Shown piece by piece: positions 34,135 to 39,872 of a stretch of 39,872 nt of DNA. A program made the translations under genes and the position numbers. Below the pieces are notes generated by a model. That model searched no databases. It was given only the letters and a program-made list of their open reading frames with translations, and had not been told where the DNA came from. Positions within the stretch are counted from its first letter, which is position 1; each line of letters opens with the position of its first letter. This stretch comes from Octopus bimaculoides (taxonomy: Eukaryota), in contig NC_069005.1 in NCBI RefSeq assembly GCF_001194135.2, forward strand, positions 6,554,131 to 6,594,002, written 5' to 3'.

Positions 34135-34330
34135 GTTTGTCCCTCTCAACTTCGCTTGACAACCGATGCTGGTGTGTTTACGTCCCCTGTAACTTAGCGG
34201 TTCGGCAAAAAAGACAGATAAAATAAGTACTGGGCTTACAAAGAATAAGTCCTGGGGTCGATTTGCTCGACTAAAGGCAGTGCCCCAGCATGGCCGCAGT
34301 CAAATGACTGAAACAAGTAAAAGAGTAAAG
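34135..34330 (+). mobile_element. SINE family A, 3' half
   Basis: Similarity to family A tail. Confidence 0.85.
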
Positions 34331-34339
34331 GAATATACA

Positions 34340-34371
<32 letters not shown>

Positions 34372-34898
34372 CACATACACACATATATATACATATATAT
34401 GTACATACATGTGTACATGTGTGTGTGTATGTATGTGTTTGTGTGTGTTTGTCTGTATGCACGTATGCAGAAATACATAATTGCTATTTCCATGCATACT
34501 GTGTGTATATATGTTCCTGGATGTGGTCCTCGTGTGGGTGTAAATCTATTTAAGAATGGTGTATGAGTCAGTGTGTGTGTGTCTATCTATATGTGTATAC
34601 ATGTAGGAATGTTTGTCTATCTGTATATGTGTGTGAAGGGGGGGGGGCTGTGACTCATTTCTCCACCCAAGGCTATGAGATGGCACACAGGTGTCACTCA
34701 TTTCGCGTCATTAGTATGTGAAGACACTTGTCTGCTTTACATGAAATCTGTTTGTGCCAAGGAAGGGTCCCGTACATGGCTGATTTACTTGCTGGAAAGA
34801 GCAGCCAAATCTCCCTCAAATCAAACCTTACTGTCTTAAAGAAGGAAACAAGATAAAGCAGTCTGCAATATCCTTACAAAGATGGGATGGGCATGGCT

Positions 34899-35296
34899 CT
34901 TTTACACTTTTACTTGTTTTAGTCATTTGACTGTGGCCATGATGGAGCACCGCCTTTAGTCAAGCAAATCGACCCCAGGACTTATTCTTTGTAAGCCTAG
35001 TACTTATTCTATCGATCTCTTTTGCCGAACTGCTAAGTTACAGGGACGTAAACACACCAGTATAGGTTGTCAAGCGATGTTGAGGGGACAAACACAGACA
35101 CACAAACATATACACACATATACATATATACATATATACAACGGGCTTCTTTCAGTTTCTGTCTACCAAATCCACTCACAAGGCTTTGGTTGGCCCGAGG
35201 CTATAGTAGAGGACACTTGCCCAAGATGTCACGCAGTGGGACTGAACCCGGAACCATGTGGTTGATAAGCAAGCTACTTACCACACACCCACTCCT
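34899..35296 (-). mobile_element. SINE family A, full length
   Basis: Reverse complement similarity. Confidence 0.88.
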
Positions 35297-35929
35297 GGAA
35301 ACTTTAGTCATGGGTCATCACTGTCAAGGCTGACTTTGGGCAAAATATTGGTTTAAAATTTTGACACAAGGCCAGCAATTTTAGGAGAGGAGTAAATCAA
35401 TAACATCGATCCCAAATGTATGACTGGTACCTATCTGATCCCTTAAAGGATGAAAGACCAAATTAACCTGGGCAGAATTTGAACTCAGAACATAAGAATG
35501 GATGAAATCACAGCTTGCCACTTCTACTTTCGGCAGAATAATAACACTCTAATTCCATGAAAGGGGCTAAACTTTGTACTGTGAGCTGTTGAAGATACCC
35601 CAAAATGTTAGCGCCGTTGTCCATGACTGTGAGGGGACCTACTGACGGCCGGGTGAACTAGGGCTCGCTTGTAACCCTAGCTATTGCTGGCAAATCAAAA
35701 AGCAAACACCTATGGGGGTAACTCAGCTTGCTAAAAATAACAACCTAATCTCATTATGATTTTAAATAAGAAATAAGAAAACAAAATAGTTGGTGCAGTC
35801 TTCCAGTACTCTATATAATGTTGGGATTGTCATGGCTGGACTGTCTTCTATCATAAGTATGGGTTGGAAGATTTAATAGAATCCAAAGAACACATCATGC
35901 TTTAGTGTTATATACGTGTGCATGTATGT

Positions 35930-35973
<44 letters not shown>

Positions 35974-35983
35974 NNNNNNNNNN

Positions 35984-36017
<34 letters not shown>

Positions 36018-36139
36018 CCACACATACCTTACATATACACATGGCATCATTTCTTTTTGCCTATGTATGTATGTGTGTATCCGAGTGTGTATGTTTGTTT
36101 GTATAGCATGTGGGTCTGATTATAATTAGTAAGAAAGAG

Positions 36140-36184
36140 AGACATACATACATACATACATACGCATATATATATATGAATGTG

Positions 36185-36256
<72 letters not shown>

Positions 36257-36297
36257 GTGAAAAAGACAGAGATAGACAGATACAGACAAACAGAAAC

Positions 36298-36329
<32 letters not shown>

Positions 36330-36353
36330 GCAGATAGATAGACAGACAGATAG

Positions 36354-36433
<80 letters not shown>

Positions 36434-36434
36434 T

Positions 36435-36491
<57 letters not shown>

Positions 36492-36790
36492 GGAGACACA
36501 GACGGACAGACAGACAGACTGGTAAACAGACACACAGACGGACGGACAGACAGACCGACGGACTGATAATTAGATAGATCAATAGATGGATAGGTAGACA
36601 CAAAGGTATGGCTAGAGAGTGTGTGTGTGTGTGTATGTGTGTGTGTGTATGTGTGTGTGTGAATAAAACAGGGAGTATGAATGAAAGTTAAAAAGACAGA
36701 TTGTGTATGCATGTGAATGTGTGTGTATGTGGGGAAACGTACAAAAGACAGAGAGAGATAAAGAGAGAGAGAGAGAGAGAAAGTGGGAGC
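36140..36790. repeat. Compound microsatellite block (AT)n/(AG)n/(AGAT)n/(AGAC)n
   Basis: Directly visible. Similar blocks at 27380-27770, 31020-31800, 32310-32580, 33110-33480 and 39470-39872. Confidence 0.9.
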
Positions 36791-36957
36791 ATGCAATTGC
36801 TGAATACATCCTGCTATTTCGCTATTTTTGGAGTGTCTAATATATTTACTTATTCAGACTTTTAACTTAGTCAACCCACCTACTTCCTTATATAACAAAC
36901 TCTACACACTCACATTCACAAACACATGCACATATATACACATTTCTATATGGATAT

Positions 36958-37400
36958 TACAGGGTGTTCAAAAAGTCTCTCCGCAGTGAATCTTTTGAAG
37001 ACCCCCCCCCCCATCAGCACCGAGAGATCTTGCTCAAATATTGTCCATCCATTTGTAGGCCAACTCACTGAAAGTGAAACTAATAATGCATATTTTTCAG
37101 TAAGATGCAGCTACAGCGCATATTTCGTGCATCACCATGGCGCTACTTCAAGAGTTTTTCAGTGAACAGATTATTTCGAAGGGACTTTAGCCACCAAGAT
37201 CATCTGATTTAACACCACCAGACATTTTAATTTTTTTCTGGGGAGCAAGTAAAGTATCAGTGTATAAGAATTGCCCGGAAACCGTTAATGAGCTAAAAGA
37301 CGCAATCATAACCTTCATATGGTCCATACTGTGTCAGACTCTCCAAGATGTATTTCAAAATATGTGGAGAAGAGTCAACTTATTTTATTGAAAATGAAGG
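36958..37400 (+). pseudogene. Decayed Tc1/mariner-superfamily element (TA-CAGGGTG terminus; PPRSSDLTPPD..FFWG..K..VYKNCPETVNELKDAI)
   Basis: Hand translation of 37185-37400 resembles the WPPRSPDLTPxDFFLWG motif. Confidence 0.7.
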
Positions 37401-37422
37401 ACAACACATTCAACACCTCACT

Positions 37423-37591
37423 CTTTTACTTGTTTCAGTCATTTTGACTGTGGCCATGCTGGAGCACCACCTTTAGTCGAGCAAATCGACCCCAGCACTT
37501 ATTCTTTGGAAGCCTAGTACTTACTCTATCAGTCTCTTTTGCCGAACCACTAAGTGACGGGAACATATACACACCAGCATTGGTTGTCAAC
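37423..37591 (-). mobile_element. SINE family A, 3' end running into an N-gap
   Basis: Reverse complement similarity. Confidence 0.8.
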
Positions 37592-38030
37592 TGNNNNNNN
37601 NNNNNNNNNNNNNNNNNNNNNNNNNNNNNNNNNNNNNNNNNNNNNNNNNNNNNNNNNNNNNNNNNNNNNNNNNNNNNNNNNNNNNNNNNNNNNNNNNNNN
37701 NNNNNNNNNNNNNNNNNNNNNNNNNNNNNNNNNNNNNNNNNNNNNNNNNNNNNNNNNNNNNNNNNNNNNNNNNNNNNNNNNNNNNNNNNNNNNNNNNNNN
37801 NNNNNNNNNNNNNNNNNNNNNNNNNNNNNNNNNNNNNNNNNNNNNNNNNNNNNNNNNNNNNNNNNNNNNNNNNNNNNNNNNNNNNNNNNNNNNNNNNNNN
37901 NNNNNNNNNNNNNNNNNNNNNNNNNNNNNNNNNNNNNNNNNNNNNNNNNNNNNNNNNNNNNNNNNNNNNNNNNNNNNNNNNNNNNNNNNNNNNNNNNNNN
38001 NNNNNNNNNNNNNNNNNNNNNNNNNNNNNN

Positions 38031-38070
<40 letters not shown>

Positions 38071-38887
38071 GTAGATAGATATACATACATATATATACCA
38101 TACATGTCATATATGAAACGTATACCATTAATAGAGATGACAGGATTGTGGACAGATGGTATAGGCTAGAAAGATAGACGTAGCTTTATGAATGACTGTA
38201 CAGCAGGCCTGGTTGGCCCACCTTCACTCATGTATTAGGAGGAGAAGGAAGGAAGTGGACGTTAAAACAATGGCAATAATGATGAGGAGGATTCTACACC
38301 CACACATCCTCCCACCCTCACACACCTACACTTGCACATACACATACAGAGAAACACATACATACACACACACAAACACACATGTAGCATGTCCTCATTC
38401 CCTCCTCCCACATCTTCCTCGAGTCTTCCTCTGTCAAAAAGTACTTACTTTCCTTAACGGGGGGGGGGACCACCACCATCACCACTACCTCAAAGACAGC
38501 AGATGGTAACATTTTCCTGCCTCCGCTGCTACCACTGCAGTACCACTCAGTACTCACTCACTCACCATCCTCTCGCTTGGCATGAACATATGTCATCACC
38601 AATATAGTCACCTGTCCCTATGTACATCACTTGATCAAGAGCCAGCAAGAGAACCCCTAGGTCATTCATTCTCAACCATTTTTTTCCCCTATGGACCTCT
38701 TCAATTCCCATCTTTCTTGGATCTACTTTCCCTGTCATCTCATGTCAGAAAACCATATATTTTTATAATCAAATATTATTATCTCACATGGGGCAGATTT
38801 TTTTCACTGGTGGTGCCCCAACATGGCCACAGACTTTACGCTGAAACATAGAAAAAGGATAAAGGAATTGAGAATTTTTTTCTTTTT

Positions 38888-39082
38888 TCTTGTTTACAAA
38901 CTGTGGTCATGCTGGGGCACCATCTCGAAGAATTTTTATTCAAATGGATCAATCTCCAGCACTTGGGGATTTTTTTAAGCCAGGTACTCATTCTATTGGT
39001 CTCTTTTGCCAAACCGCTAAGTTACAGAGGTGTAAAAACACCGGCACTGGTTGTCAAGCAGTGGTGGGGGACAAACACAGAT

Positions 39083-39113
<31 letters not shown>

Positions 39114-39302
39114 AAGATACACACACAAATACACACACATGCATACACACACACAAACACATACAGACACACACACACAATCACACACACAAAGACACAC
39201 ACACACACTCAAAGACACACAAAGACACACACACACACACATGTGATGGGCTTCTTTCAGTTTCCATCTACTAAATTCACTCACAAGGCTTTGGTTGGCC
39301 CA
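38888..39302 (-). mobile_element. SINE family A, diverged, with expanded (CA)n
   Basis: Reverse complement similarity. Confidence 0.8.
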
Positions 39303-39518
39303 ATTCAACAGATTCTGAGAATAACTCAATATCTTCCTCCATTGCTTTTAACTGCAGGAAGTCATGAGTTGCAATTTCTTCACCTTCCTTTTCCTTTCTC
39401 TGCCCCCACAGACTTGGTGGCCCCACAGATAGCTTTTGGGGGCACTGCCCTTCCCCTCTTGATTAACCTGCATGTACGTGAATGTGTGTGTATGTGTACA
39501 AGTGCGAATGTACGTATG

Positions 39519-39565
<47 letters not shown>

Positions 39566-39872
39566 ATATATATATGTGTGTGTGTATGCGTGTATATGTG
39601 TGTGTGTGTATGTGTGTACATGTATGTATGTATGTGTGTGTATATATATATGTGTGTATGTGTGCCTGTGTATACTCTCTCTCTCTCACACATACATGCA
39701 AACAAATATATATTTACATATACATATGTACATATACACATATACATATATTATGCATATATATATATATATGTGTATACGTGTGTTTATATATATGTGT
39801 GTATATGTAAGTATGTGTGTATGTGTGTATATATATCTATCTGTGTGTGTATATATGTGTATGTGTATATGT

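Noticed and set aside
25332-39810. Many HT/CV/YI-rich long ORFs
   Set aside because: They are microsatellite translations, often spanning N-gaps.

Overview
Eukaryotic, AT-rich, microsatellite- and SINE-dense genomic DNA with several N-gaps. The repeat families point to a coleoid cephalopod, most likely Octopus (inference). One protein-coding gene can be assembled by hand: a minus-strand FAM234A/B-like type II membrane beta-propeller gene. It has 14 GT-AG coding exons from 23008 to 1981, all phases are compatible, and the 2190-nt CDS gives 729 aa. Its promoter candidate lies at about 23360-23440. Most ORFs in the supplied track are repeat or microsatellite artefacts. The rest of the window holds at least five tRNA-headed or related retroposon families, piggyBac-, hAT- and mariner-type MITEs, decayed mariner/Tc1 transposase fragments, minisatellites and gap-flanking duplications. 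Top observations: (1) a tRNA-headed retroposon whose tail carries a minimal type I hammerhead ribozyme of the Penelope-like kind, present as a fold-back insertion with an 11-bp TSD (75-490) and again at about 15384-15868; (2) the FAM234-like protein ends in a GPI-signal-like hydrophobic tail in addition to its N-terminal TM segment, suggesting a dual anchor; (3) inverted SINE pairs bracket internal exons. Exon and TSD coordinates were counted by hand; repeat boundaries are approximate.
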